From Chiloscyllium plagiosum (taxonomy: Eukaryota): a DNA stretch of 64,000 nt. The notes below the pieces were generated by a model. The model saw only the letters and a list, made by a program, of their open reading frames with translations. It had not been told where the DNA came from and did not search any database. Positions 53,150 through 64,000 of this stretch are shown here, one piece after another; position 1 is the first letter of the stretch, and every line of letters starts with the position of its first letter. The stretch spans positions 82,861,237 through 82,925,236 of the forward strand of contig NC_057711.1 of assembly GCF_004010195.1 (NCBI RefSeq), read 5' to 3'. The position numbers and the translations under genes were made by a program.

Positions 53150-54345
53150 CAAGATCTATATGGACTTCAGTAAGGCATTCGACAAGGTTCCCCCTGGGAG
53201 ACTGGTTAGCAAGGTTAGATCTCACGGAATACAGGGAGAACTAGCTATTTGGAGACAGAACTGGCTCAAAGGTAGAAGACAGAGGGTGGTGGTGGAGGGT
53301 TGTTTTTCAGACTGGAGACCTGTGACCAATGGAGTGCCACAAGGATCGGTGCTGGATCCTCTACTTCTTGTCATTTACATAAATGATTTGGATGCGAGCA
53401 TAAGAGGTGCAGTTAGTAAGTTTGCAGATGACACCAAAATTGGAGGTGTAGTGGACAGTGAAGAAGATTACCTCAGATTACAACGAGATCTTGTTCAGAC
53501 GGGCCAATGGCCTGAGGAGTGGCAGATGGAGTTTAATTTAGATAAATGCGAGGTGCTGCATTTTGGGAAAGCAAATCTTAGCAGGACTGATATACTTAAT
53601 GGTAAGTCCTAGAGAGTGTTGCTGAACAAAGGGAGCTTGGAGTGCAGGTTCATAGCTCCTTGAAAGTAGAGTGGCAGGTAGATAGGATAGTGAAGAAGGC
53701 ATTTGGTATGCTTTCTTTTATTGGTCAGAGTATTGATTACAGGAATTGAGAGGTCATGTTGCAGCTGTACAGGACATTGGTTAGGTCACTGTTGGAATAT
53801 TGTTTGTATTTCTGGTCTCCTTCCTATCGGAAAGATGTTGTGAAATTTGAAAGGATTCAGAAAAGATTTACAAGGATGTTGCCAGGGTTGGAGGATTTGA
53901 GCTATAGGGAGAGGCTGAACAGACTGGGGCTGTTTTCCCTGGACCGTTGGAAGCTGAGGGGTGACCTTATAGAGGTTTACAAAATTATGAGGGGAATGGA
54001 TAAGATAAATAGACAAAGTCTTTTCCCTGGGGTGGGGGAGTCCAGAACTAGAGGGCATAGGTTTAGAGTGAGAGGGGAAAGATATAAAAGAGATCTAAGA
54101 GGCAACTTTTTCATACAGAGGGTGGTATGTGTATGGAATGAGCTGCCAGAAGGAGTGGTGGAGGCTGGTACAATTGCAACATATAAGAGGCATTTGGATG
54201 GGTACATGAATAGGAAGGGTTTGGAGGGATATGGGCCGGGTGCTGGCAGGTGGGACTAGATTGATTGGGATATCTAGTCAGCATGGATGGGTTGGATCGA
54301 AGGGTCTGTTTCCATGCTGTACATCTCTATGACTCTATGACTCTA
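53150..54345 (+). mobile_element. Young CR1 ORF2 RT and 3' end
   Basis: ORF 53139 YMDFSKAFDKVP..GVPQGSVL..KFADDTK; ORF 53756 is the C-terminus; (ctctatga)n tail. Confidence 0.92.
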
Positions 54346-54749
54346 AATCGTCATGAAAATGCTGGAATCTGTTGTTAAACCCTTAGCAGTGCATTCAGCA
54401 AATCATGTTATCATCAGACAAAATTGCACATGTTTTATGAAGCAGAAACTATATTTTGCAAGTTTATTCCAGTTGTTTTGAACATAGGGTGAACAAAAAG
54501 GAAGCCTTTTATACAAGTATACTTGAATTTCCAAGTGCATTTGAAAAAATGCCACCAAAAAGGTTAATTTGCAAGACAAAGGCTCTTACACTTGGGAGTA
54601 GCACATTGTTTATTGGACTGGAAGCAGAGATTAGGGATAACTGGGCCATTTTCCAGTTGGCATGTTGCATCCAATTGAGTTAAACAGAATCAGTGCTAAT
54701 GCCTTCACTTTGGGCGATCCATAATGAAGACTGCAAATACAAAGTTTGA

Positions 54750-55058
54750 TTACTTACAGTGTAGAAACAGGTCCTTCAGCCCAACAAGTCCACACCGACC
54801 CACCGAAGCGCAACCCACCCAGACCCATTCCCCTACATTTACCCCTTCACCTAACACTCCGGGCAATTTAGCATGGCCAATTCACCTAACTTGTACATTT
54901 TTGGATTGTGGGAGGAAACCGGAGCACCCGGAGGAAACCCACGCAGACACGGGGAGAATGTGCAAACTCTAAACAGAGAGTCACCTGAGGTGGGAATTGA
55001 ACCCATGTCTCTGGCGCTGCAAGGCAGCAGTACTAACCACTGTGTCACCGTGCTGCCC
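54750..55058 (-). mobile_element. HE1/V-SINE
   Basis: Reverse-complement SINE like 24686-24998. Confidence 0.88.
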
Positions 55059-55207
55059 CTTTATTGGGAATGTAGCTGGTAAGGAGGTCAAAAAGAGGCG
55101 ACAAAAAGATTTAGACATGTTAAATGAATAGACAACAAATTTACCCATATTGGAAATAGAGTTATATTAGTGCAAAGAGTGTGGATACAAAGTGGTAGCC
55201 CTCTAAT

Positions 55208-55982
55208 GGACTGAGGAGTGGCAGATGGAATTTAATTTAGATAAATGTGAGGTGTTGCATTTTGGAAAGGCAAATCAGGGCAGGGCTTATACACTTAATG
55301 GTAAAGTCCTGTGCAGTGTTGCTGAACAAAGAGACCTTGGAGGACAGGTTTGTAGTTCCTTGAAAGTAGAGTCACAAGTAGACAGGATAGTGAAGAAAGT
55401 GTTTGATATAAGTGTTGGGAGGTTATGTTGCGGCTGTACATGATATTCATTAGGCCACTTTTGGAATACAGCATTCAGTTCTGGTCTCTCTACTACAGGG
55501 TGCTAATAAACTTGAAAGGGATCAGAGAAGATTTACAAGGCTGTTGCCAAGGTTGGAGTGTTTGAGCTATTGGGAGAGGCTGAATAGGCTAGGCTGCTTT
55601 TCCTGGACTACCAGGGGTGAGGGGTAAACTTAGAGAAGTTTATAAAATCATGAGGGGCATGGATTGGGAAAATAGCTAAGGTCTTTTCCCCAGGTGAGTA
55701 GAGTCCAAAACTAAGGGCATAGTTTAAGTTGAGAAGCGACAGATTCAAAAGGGGCCTCAGGGGCAACTTTTTCACACAGAGGGTGGTGTGAGTATGAAAT
55801 GAGCTGCCAGAGGAAATGGTGGAGGCTAGTGCAATTACAATATTTTAAAGGCATTTGGATGGGTATATGAATAGAAGTGGTTTAGAGAGAGATGAGCCAA
55901 ATTCTGGCAAATAGGACTGGATTAATTTAGGATATGTGGTTGGTATGGATAAGTTGGACTGAAGTCTTTATTTCCATGCTGT
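55208..55982 (+). mobile_element. CR1 3' end whose tail is split by the LTR element (tail resumes 63272-63292)
   Basis: ..tttccatgctgt [LTR element] ctgtacagctctatgactatg reconstitutes the CR1 tail. Confidence 0.85.
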
Positions 55983-56655
55983 TGTTATGAAGATGTGGGT
56001 GTCCTGTACCTTTAAGAGAGTTAAAAGCTGGTAGAGCTACCTGACAGCACCAAAGTTCTGAATAAATGAACAATGTAACACTTGGTTGTACACTACATTT
56101 GCTGATTGCCTGGAAACAACAAAACTGATTCGAATTAGGCCAATCAGTTTAAATTATACCCCAAAAAATACCAAATTCCAATCAAATTTGAATTGAATAT
56201 ATTGACAATCTTAAAAGCCAATGACATAATCTGATGCTTTGGGAGTATAAGACTGGGGAGAACTGCCCAGATACCAGCATGTAAAAAGACTGCCTGAAAA
56301 ATAGCTCTCTTAAAAGTACCATTATAGATCAGTAAGCTATGAAGCAGAAATCCCTAAGAGGAAGAAAAGAAGACCGGAATTCAGAGAAAAAGAAGGCTGC
56401 CTAGTTTTAAGATAAGAAGATTTGTTTTGTAAATCTTAATTTGGAGTTTTATCGGACTAGTATTGTGGAAGGGAAAGGTAAACGATAGGTTAGAGGACTG
56501 AATTGTAAATAGTTGTTATACTTGAAGAAATAAAGTTGTTAATTTTTGCTTTAAATAATTCTTGGCCTCGAATTTTCACAGATTACTGCATGGGATAAAT
56601 CTTTTCTGTGTTGCTGTTTTAAATGAAGCAGGAGAGTTTACCCTGTGTTGTAACA
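55983..56655 (+). repeat. 5' LTR
   Basis: Direct repeat of 61883-63271 once insertions are removed; TG...CA termini; aataaa near the 3' end. Confidence 0.9.
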
Positions 56656-56658
56656 ATT

Positions 56659-56678
56659 TGGGGGCTCGCGTCCATGAT
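56659..56678 (+). promoter_or_regulatory. Primer-binding site, tRNA-Pro-like
   Basis: tgggggctcgcgtccatgat 3 nt after the 5' LTR resembles the canonical tRNA-Pro PBS TGGGGGCTCGTCCGGGAT. Confidence 0.75.
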
Positions 56679-57354
56679 TTGAACTGGTTTAGACAGATTT
56701 GAATAAATTTAAACACTTGTAGATTAGCGCCCTAGATCTTCAAATAAAACATAAGTGAAGACAATTTATTTAATTTCGGTGATGTATAGTTGATTTAATT
56801 AAAAGCAAGAGAAATGGCTCTTAAAATTGCTGAAGAGTTTCTGGGATTTGAAGATGATTCTCAAATTTACAAAGGAAGTTTAGAAGGAAAGAAAATGGCC
56901 ATACTTTTAGAATTAGCAAAGAAGTTAGATTTGGGTTTAACCAAGGACAAAAAGAAAGCTGAAATTGTAAGGGAATTACACAATGCTTAGGTGTAACAGA
57001 GAAACAAACAAGTGCAGTAAAGAAGAAAAGGAGCGAGAAAGAGAGAGAGAATTTGAACTTGAGAAGTTGTGACTTAGCAAAGGCAAGTTAACAGGATGGA
57101 GATTAAAAGAGAAGGTAGTGATATATATATAAATATGTCAAAACTCTGCCACGTTTTGATGAGAAAGATGTGAGAAGATATGTCAAGAGATTATGAAGAG
57201 GTTAAACAGGCTATTTTAAGTGCTTATGAATTGGTACCAGAAGCATATAGACAATGGTTCAGAAACACAAAGAAGGAACGAGGTCAGACTTATGTTGAGT
57301 TTGAAATAATTAAACATAGTCATTTTGATCAATGAGTGTGTGCTTTGAAAATAG

Positions 57355-57655
57355 ATCCCTACAGCGTGGAAACAGGCCCTTCGGGCCAACCAGTCCACAC
57401 TGACCCTCTGAAGAGTAACCCACCCATTTCCCTCAGACTAATGCACCTAACACTATGGGCAATTTAACATGGCCAATTCCCCTGACCTGCACATCTTTGG
57501 ACTGTGGGAGGAAACCAGAGCACCCAGAGAAAACCCACGCAGACACATGGAGAATGTGCAAACTTCACACAGACAGTCACCTGACGCTGGAGTCGAATCT
57601 GGGACCCTGGTGCTATGAGGCAGCAGTGCTAACCACTGAGCCACTGTGCTGCCCC
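57355..57655 (-). mobile_element. HE1/V-SINE inserted in gag of the LTR element
   Basis: Reverse-complement SINE between gag segments ..ALKID and ..TFEALREIILLEEFK. Confidence 0.85.
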
Positions 57656-60600
57656 TGTAAGTTAAAAAAAACGACCTTTGAGGCTCTAAGAGAGATTATT
57701 CTGCTGGAGGAGTTTAAAAAACTCACTTCCAGAGATGGTAAGAATTCACGTGAAGGAACAGAAAGTTCAGGAAGTGAGAAGGGCAGCAGAATTAGCAGAT
57801 AGGTACATGTTGGTCCATAAGACAAGCTTCTGGCCAAACTTTCGTCCTGTGAGGGATGGAAGTTGGAAGAAGGGGAGATCCTACACTGCGAAACAAAGAG
57901 TTGCGAGCACTGGTAAGAATTTACCAAAGGCTAAAAAAGAAACCCAAGAGGATGGACAGAAGGTGAAAGGCCTCAGGTATTTTCACTGTAATGGAGTGGG
58001 ATACAGAAAATTACAGTTGAAGAGCACTGGGAAAAGGTGTTTTCACTGCCAGAAAGTGGGACACGTAAAGTCAAAGAGCTGGTCACTAAAGAAAGGCACT
58101 ATGGGAAATGATGTGGTAAAAGAAGCTAAGCCAGTGGCATCAGTGAAGGTAGTAAAGGTGATCCCAAGAAGAGCCGAGGAGCTGCAGGAGAGTGCACAGC
58201 CTAGGCAGGGTCTGAGTATGGAGTTAGTACCTGATCTCTATAAAGAATTCACCTCTGTGGGCAAAGTTTACTCAAAAAGAACAGGGGAGAAGGAAAAGAA
58301 GTTATAATTTTGAGAGATATAGGATCTAACCAGTGGCTGATAGTAAGGGACAAGCAAATATGCACTCTTTTTGATCTGTTACCTGAGAGTGTGGTTATTT
58401 GTGGGATAGTTGGACAGAAATTTAGCATTCCCCTATGTACGATCAGGTTGGAGTGCCAACTTAAGACTGGGGAAGTTACAGTGGGAGTGATTGACAGAGT
58501 GTCAGTGCCAGGAATTCAGTTTGTTCTTGGGAATGATTTGGTAGGATTCGAGGTGGGAGTGACACTCATGTTGTGGAGAAGCCCAAGGAAGACCAAGAAA
58601 CTGAGGAGTTAAAACAAATATCCTGGTATTTTCCCAGACTGTGTGGTAACAAGATCCTACTATCATAAGTAACAGCACGAAGCAAAAACCAAAGAGAAGG
58701 ATGAAGCAGTTGAGGTTCAGTTAGCGAATACCCTGTTTGACGTAATGATGCAGGAAAAGCCTGAACAGACAGAGGGTCAGACAGAAGTGTTTAGTCCTGA
58801 AAGGCTAATGGACTTGCAACAGAAAGACAAGACTATAAAAGATATATATGTGGATGTGTACTCCGAAAAGGAGGCAGTGAATATTTCTGAGTGTTATTAT
58901 TTGAAAGATAGAATCCTAAGATGGAAATGGAGACCACAGCAGGTTAGTGCAGAGGAGAAATGGGGCGAAGTGCACCAGATTGTGTCACCTAGGGGTACGA
59001 AGGACTCCGGCTAAGGCACAATAACATTTTTATTGACCTGGAATGCACAAGCATGTGGTTAACTTTTGCCGTACATGTAATACGTGCCAAATGGTAGGTA
59101 AGCCACAGGCGGTAATAAAGCCAGAAGCTTTGTTGCCAATTCCCATATTTGAAGAACCTTTCACCCGGGTTATAATTGATTATGTAGGTCCCCTCCCGAG
59201 AACTAAAAGGGGAACCAGTACTTGTTAACCATAATGAATGTGTCTACCAGATTTTCAGAGGCAATTCCAACGTGGAGTATCCAGGCAAAAAAGATGGTAG
59301 AGGAGTTAGTAGCTTTCTTCACATAGTATGGTCTACCCAGAGAGATTCAGTCGGACCAATGGTCAAATTTCAATGCCAGGCTGTTTAAGGAGGTTATGGA
59401 TAGCTTAGGTATACAGCATTTTACATCCATTGTGTATCATCCTGAATCCCAGGGAGCTTTACAAAGGTGGCATCAGATCTTAAAGACCTTGTTGAGAGCG
59501 TACTGTCAGGATTACCCGAATAATTGAGATAAAGGTATTCCATTAGTATTATTGCTGTTAGAGATGCCCCAAACAAATCGACTCAGTTTAGTCTCTTTGA
59601 GTTAATATTTGGTCATGAAGTGAGAGGCCCTTTGAGATTAATTAAAGAGAAATTGACAGGACCAAAGTCGCAGAACTCACACTTTGAATATGTATCGATG
59701 GTGAGGGAGAGACTAAATTGAGTCAGCGACATAGTTAAACAGCACCTAAAGAGGGCATAGTGTAGAATGAAGCAGGTGGCAGATAAAAGCTCTGAGACTC
59801 AGATGTTTTTCCGAACAGATGACGTGTGTGTTAGTACTGTTACCATGGGATTCCTTCAAAGCTAAGTTTAGTGGTCCCTATCAAATTGAAAAAAAGTTGA
59901 GTCAGGTGAACTATTTAATAAAGATGCCAGATGGAAAAAAAATGGTATCAAGTATGTTATGTGAATATGTTGAAACTATATTATACTAGAGAGGAAGAAC
60001 TGGAGAAACAGATGTTAATTATTGCCCTGCAGAGTGAGGAATCAAATCCAGATGATGTGGATTTTGAGGTGCCTCAGAATAGATTAAAAAATGAAGAAGT
60101 CCTTGAGGACTGTTTGGTACTGTCCTTACAGCATTTTAATGTGTATGTCACGAACATACACATTACATATACACAACGTTGGAGACAGTTGTGTACATTG
60201 ATCACAATCCGCTTACCTTAGAATGCTTTAAAGACAAGAATATGACACGATTTCATTGGAGTCTTATGTTACAGACTTTTAATTTAAAAATCATGCATGT
60301 TGCGGGTCAGAAGAATGTAATTACAGATGCGTTATCGCAGATTTAACTGATAGAGTTTTGATGAGATTTGTCTTTATTAGGATAGGTTCATGAGCTATCT
60401 GTCTCAGGAGCATAGAACACAGTTGAAAGATTTGTTACTGCAGTATACGGACATATGTCAGAATCAGATGGGGAGGACTAATGCTATTGTACATAAAGTA
60501 GACATAGGGAATACTGCTCCAATAAACAACACCCCATCAGCTTAATCCTTTCAAAGCCAGACAGGTTCAGATGGAGGTGGAATCCATACTCGACGAGGAC

Positions 60601-61871
60601 ATCATCGAACCAAGCCAGAGAAAGTGGGGTTCGCCGATCGTCTTAGTTTCCAAACCAGATGGGACTCAGTGATTCTGCCTGGATTATCGGAAGGTCAACG
60701 CCGTTGCAAAGTCTGACTCATATCCAATTCCAAGATTAGAGGACTGTATCGAGAAAGTCGGACAAGCCAGTTACATCACCAAGTTGGACTTATTGTGTGT
60801 TTACTGGCAGGCATCTTTATCAGGGACAGTGAAAGAAATTTCTGCGTTTGTATTCCCAAATAGGCTATATCAGTTTAAAGTGATACCCTTTGGAATGAAG
60901 AACGCACCCGCCATATTCCAAAGCCTCATGAACAGAGTTGTGGCTGGGTTAATAAACTGTGCAGTCTATTTGGACGATGTAGTGATCTTCAATAAGTCCT
61001 GAAAAGATCACATGGTATAGTTGGCAGAGCTCTTTGAATGACTACGAGAAGCAAAACTGGTGATAAATTTAAATAAAACTGAATTCGTGAAAGCAGAGGT
61101 GACATTCTTGGGACATAACATTGGTCATGGAATGCTGACCCCACGGAACACAAAGACAAAGGTCATCGAGGAATTTCCATAACCAACCTCGAAGAAAGAG
61201 GTGCTTCGATTCTTAGGACTCAGCAGATTCTATCAGAAGTTTGTTCCAAACTTCAGCAGCATAGTGGCACCGTAAACTGATTTGCTGAAGAACACAAAGT
61301 TTCAGTGGCTAGAACAATGCCAAGAGGCATTCGACCATTTGAAAGCCATATTAACCATCAAACCAGATTTAGCTACACCAAACTTTTCAAACCACTTTAA
61401 AGTCACCATCGATGCTAGTGACATCGGAGTTGGAGCTATACTCCTACAGGAAGATGAGGATGGGATTGAACTGCCAGTTGGTTACTTTTCAAAGAAGATC
61501 AACATCCACCAGGGGAAATACTCCACAATTGAAAAAGAACTATTGAGTTTGGTACTTGCCTTACAACATTTTAATGTTTATGTCACAAACAATGGGTCAG
61601 AGACAGTTGTGTACACAGATCATTATCCGCTTACATTCTTAGAAAGCTTTAAAGACAAGAATATAAGACTATTTCATTGGAGTCTTATGTTACAGACTTT
61701 TAACTTAAAAATCACATATTTTGCGGGTTGGAAGAATGTAATCACAGATGCGTTATCGCGGATTTAACTAATAGAGTTTAGATGAGATTTGTCTTTATTG
61801 GGTAATGTGTTTAAAAGTAGAGAAAAAAACAATGAAGCCATCTTTTCATTATGATGGTTCATTTTTTTCTT

Positions 61872-61882
61872 AAAGGGGGGGT
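61872..61882 (+). promoter_or_regulatory. Polypurine tract
   Basis: aaagggggggt immediately before the 3' LTR. Confidence 0.75.
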
Positions 61883-62205
61883 TGTTATGAAGATGTGGGT
61901 GTACTGTACCTATAAGAGAGTTAAAAGCTGGTAGAGCTCCCTGACAGCACCAAGTGTTCTCAATAAGGTAACGATGTCCTACTTGGTTGAAAGCTAAATT
62001 AGCTAGTTGCCTGGAAATGACAAAATAGATTCAAATTAGGCCAATCAGTTTAAATTATATCCCGAAAATACCGAATTCCAATCAAGTTTGAATTAAATAT
62101 TTTGACAATCTTAAAAGCTTTGGGAGTATAAGACCGGGGAAAATTGAACAGTTGAGAGGACAATTGTCCAGCTACCAGCATGTAAATAGACTGCCTGAAA
62201 AATAG

Positions 62206-62775
62206 GAGAAAGTGAGGTCTGCAGATGCTGGGGATCAGAGCAGATGCTGGGGATCAGGAACACCTCTGGGACACCCGGACCAACCAACCCAACCACCCTG
62301 TGGCTCAACACTTTAACTCCCCCTCCCACTCCACCAAGGATATGCAGGTCTTTGGACTCCTCCATCGCCAGACCACAACAACATGACGGTTGGAGGAAGA
62401 GCGCCTCATCTTCCGCCTTGGAACCCTCCAACCACAAGGGATGAACTCGGATTTCACCAGTTTCCTCATTTACCCTCCCCCCACCTTGTCTCAGTCAAAT
62501 CCATCGAATTCAGCACCGCCTTTCTAACCTGCAATCTTCTTTCTGACCTCTCCGCCCCCACCCCAGTCTGACCTATCACCCTCACCTTGACCGCTTTCCA
62601 CCTATCACATTTCCGACACCCCTCCCCCAAGTCCCTCCTCCCTACCTTTTATCTTAGCCTGCTGGACAAACTTTCCTCATTCCTGAAGAAGGGCTTATGC
62701 CCGAAACGTCGATTCTCCTGTTCCCTGGATGCTGCCTGACCTGCTGCGCTTTTCCAGCAACACATTTTCAGCTCG
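62206..62775 (+). mobile_element. Truncated Penelope-like element (GIY-YIG C-terminus, terminal repeat, inverted 5' tail) with 14-bp TSD
   Basis: TSD tgcctgaaaaatag at 62192-62205 and 62776-62789; EHLWDTRTNQPNHPVAQHFN-like DNA homologous to about 35600-35860; hammerhead-like core at 62683. Confidence 0.87.
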
Positions 62776-62794
62776 TGCCTGAAAAATAGCTCTG

Positions 62795-62916
62795 GTAAGA
62801 ACAATGACTGCGGATGCTGGAAACAAGATTCTGGATTAGTGGTGCTGGAAGAGCACAGCAGTTCAGGCAGCATCCAAGGAGCAGCGAAATCAGCGTTTCG
62901 GGCTTCATCAGGAATA
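62795..62916 (-). mobile_element. PLE terminal-repeat monomer (related family)
   Basis: Reverse complement tattcctgatgaagcccgaaacgctgatttcgctgctccttggatgctgcctgaactgctg..; absent from the 5' LTR. Confidence 0.75.
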
Positions 62917-64000
62917 ACCGTTATAGAGCAATAACCTGTCAAGCAGAAATCCCTGAGAAGAAGGAAAGAAGCCGAATTTCATAGGAAACGAAGGCTGCCT
63001 GGTTTTGAGATAAGAAGTTTTGTTTTGTAAATCTTAATTGGGAGCTTTAGTGGACTAGTATTGTGGAAGCGGAAGGTAAATGATAGGTTAGAGGACAAAG
63101 TTGTAAATACTTGTTAGTTAATTATTCTCTTATATACTTTACGAAATAAAGTTGTTAATTTTTACTTTAAATAATTCTTGGCCTGTTAAAATTCACAGAT
63201 TACTGCACAAGATAAATCTTTTTTGTGTTGCTGGTTTTAAATTAAACAGGAGAGCTTACCCTGTTTTAACACTGTACAGCTCTATGACTATGAAATATTT
63301 AAAGAGTGGTTCACAGGGAACTCAAAAATGGTAGCCTGCAGGTATGGCAAGGAGGTAGGATTTTATTCTTCTAAAAAAAGGATCAGGAAAGATCAAAATG
63401 GAAAAAAAAATCAATAAAGCAGACTTATTGAATTGATGTGGGATGTTGCTGCTAGAATTCTCTGTGTACATTAGCACTCATCTTATCACAGCTGAATATT
63501 GTGCATCTATGTGACAGAGGTCAACAAAAAAGCAAAGGCTATCTTATGGACCCACAATTGAATGCAATAGTGCACATCATTACCGGAATCTTCCACTCAA
63601 CACCCCTTCTATCACTTCCTGTCCTCAGAAACACCTGCAAATGAACAAAGAAATTCCAAAAACTGGTTAATACCATTTGTGCTGCTCATAATTTACCATT
63701 CTAAGATGTTGTATTCAACAAACCCATATCCTGTCTTCCCCATCTTGATATCCAATGTAGAACAATCTTCTTAAGAAAGTTTTACCAGCTGACATCGTTT
63801 GGATTAAGGAGTGAGAAACACAGGAAGTCACAAAGTAAGTTCCTTGTAACAAACACCATCTGTTGAATTAAATGTTTTGAACATCATGGTAAGAGTGATC
63901 TTTTTTTAAACACCTTCAGGAGGTGCCAGGTGCCTGAACAGTCAACTTCCACAGTTGGGTGCCTCAGTACAAATTCCTTGTGCACTTATGGAGAGACACA

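Larger units (their letters stand above)
55983..63271 (+). mobile_element. Full-length decayed Gmr1-type Ty3/gypsy LTR retrotransposon (gag-PR-INT-RT-RH)
   Basis: LTRs TGTTA...TAACA at 55983-56655 and 61883-63271; 4-bp TSD ctgt; PBS and PPT present. Domains: gag ELVPEAYRQ/LLEEFK plus knuckles; PR-like LRDIGS (58310); INT CRTCNTC..IDYVGPLP..YHPESQG (59043-59500); RT PFGMKNAPAIFQ..YLDD (60784); RH DASDIGVGAIL..EKE..TDH..DALSR (61282). Confidence 0.93.
61883..63271 (+). repeat. 3' LTR containing two PLE insertions
   Basis: Matches the 5' LTR outside 62206-62918. Confidence 0.88.

Noticed and set aside
33..63334. Most ORF-track entries as genes
   Set aside because: They are retroelement fragments, antisense shadows or chance ORFs; only the six spliced exons form a coherent host protein.
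63920..64000. cag|GAGGTGCC.. as the next SLC28A3 exon
   Set aside because: The phase-1 translation GGARCLNSQLPQLG.. shows no recognisable similarity to the CNT C-terminus.

Overview
Eukaryotic, repeat-rich vertebrate genomic DNA. The HE1/V-SINEs, HER1/CR1-type LINEs and Deu-type SINE point to an elasmobranch (shark); this is an inference. The only supported host gene is a + strand concentrative nucleoside transporter (SLC28A3/CNT3-like). Six internal exons (11566-11691, 17829-17959, 19809-19977, 33917-34114, 39229-39310, 49260-49358) have AG/GT boundaries and compatible phases. They splice into 805 nt of open frame colinear with my recollection of human CNT3 T342-G610. The first and last exons were not found in the window. 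The introns are mostly decayed retroelements: many CR1 copies, HE1 SINEs, an L1/Tx1-like LINE, Penelope-like elements (PLEs), and a full-length but decayed Gmr1-type Ty3/gypsy LTR element (55983-63271) with integrase upstream of RT. The most notable signal is about a dozen very short PLE-terminal-repeat insertions from several families. Each is anchored on a minimal type I hammerhead-ribozyme-like core, and several have 13-16 bp target-site duplications (TSDs). They occur as monomers (down to 89 bp), foldback palindromes, and one direct tandem dimer with a 271-nt period (retrozyme-like). Other oddities are an exact 24-nt copy of exon sequence next to a snap-back hairpin in the upstream intron, and an internal RNase H duplication in the LTR element. 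Repeat boundaries are approximate unless a TSD is cited, and family names come from recall, not database searches.
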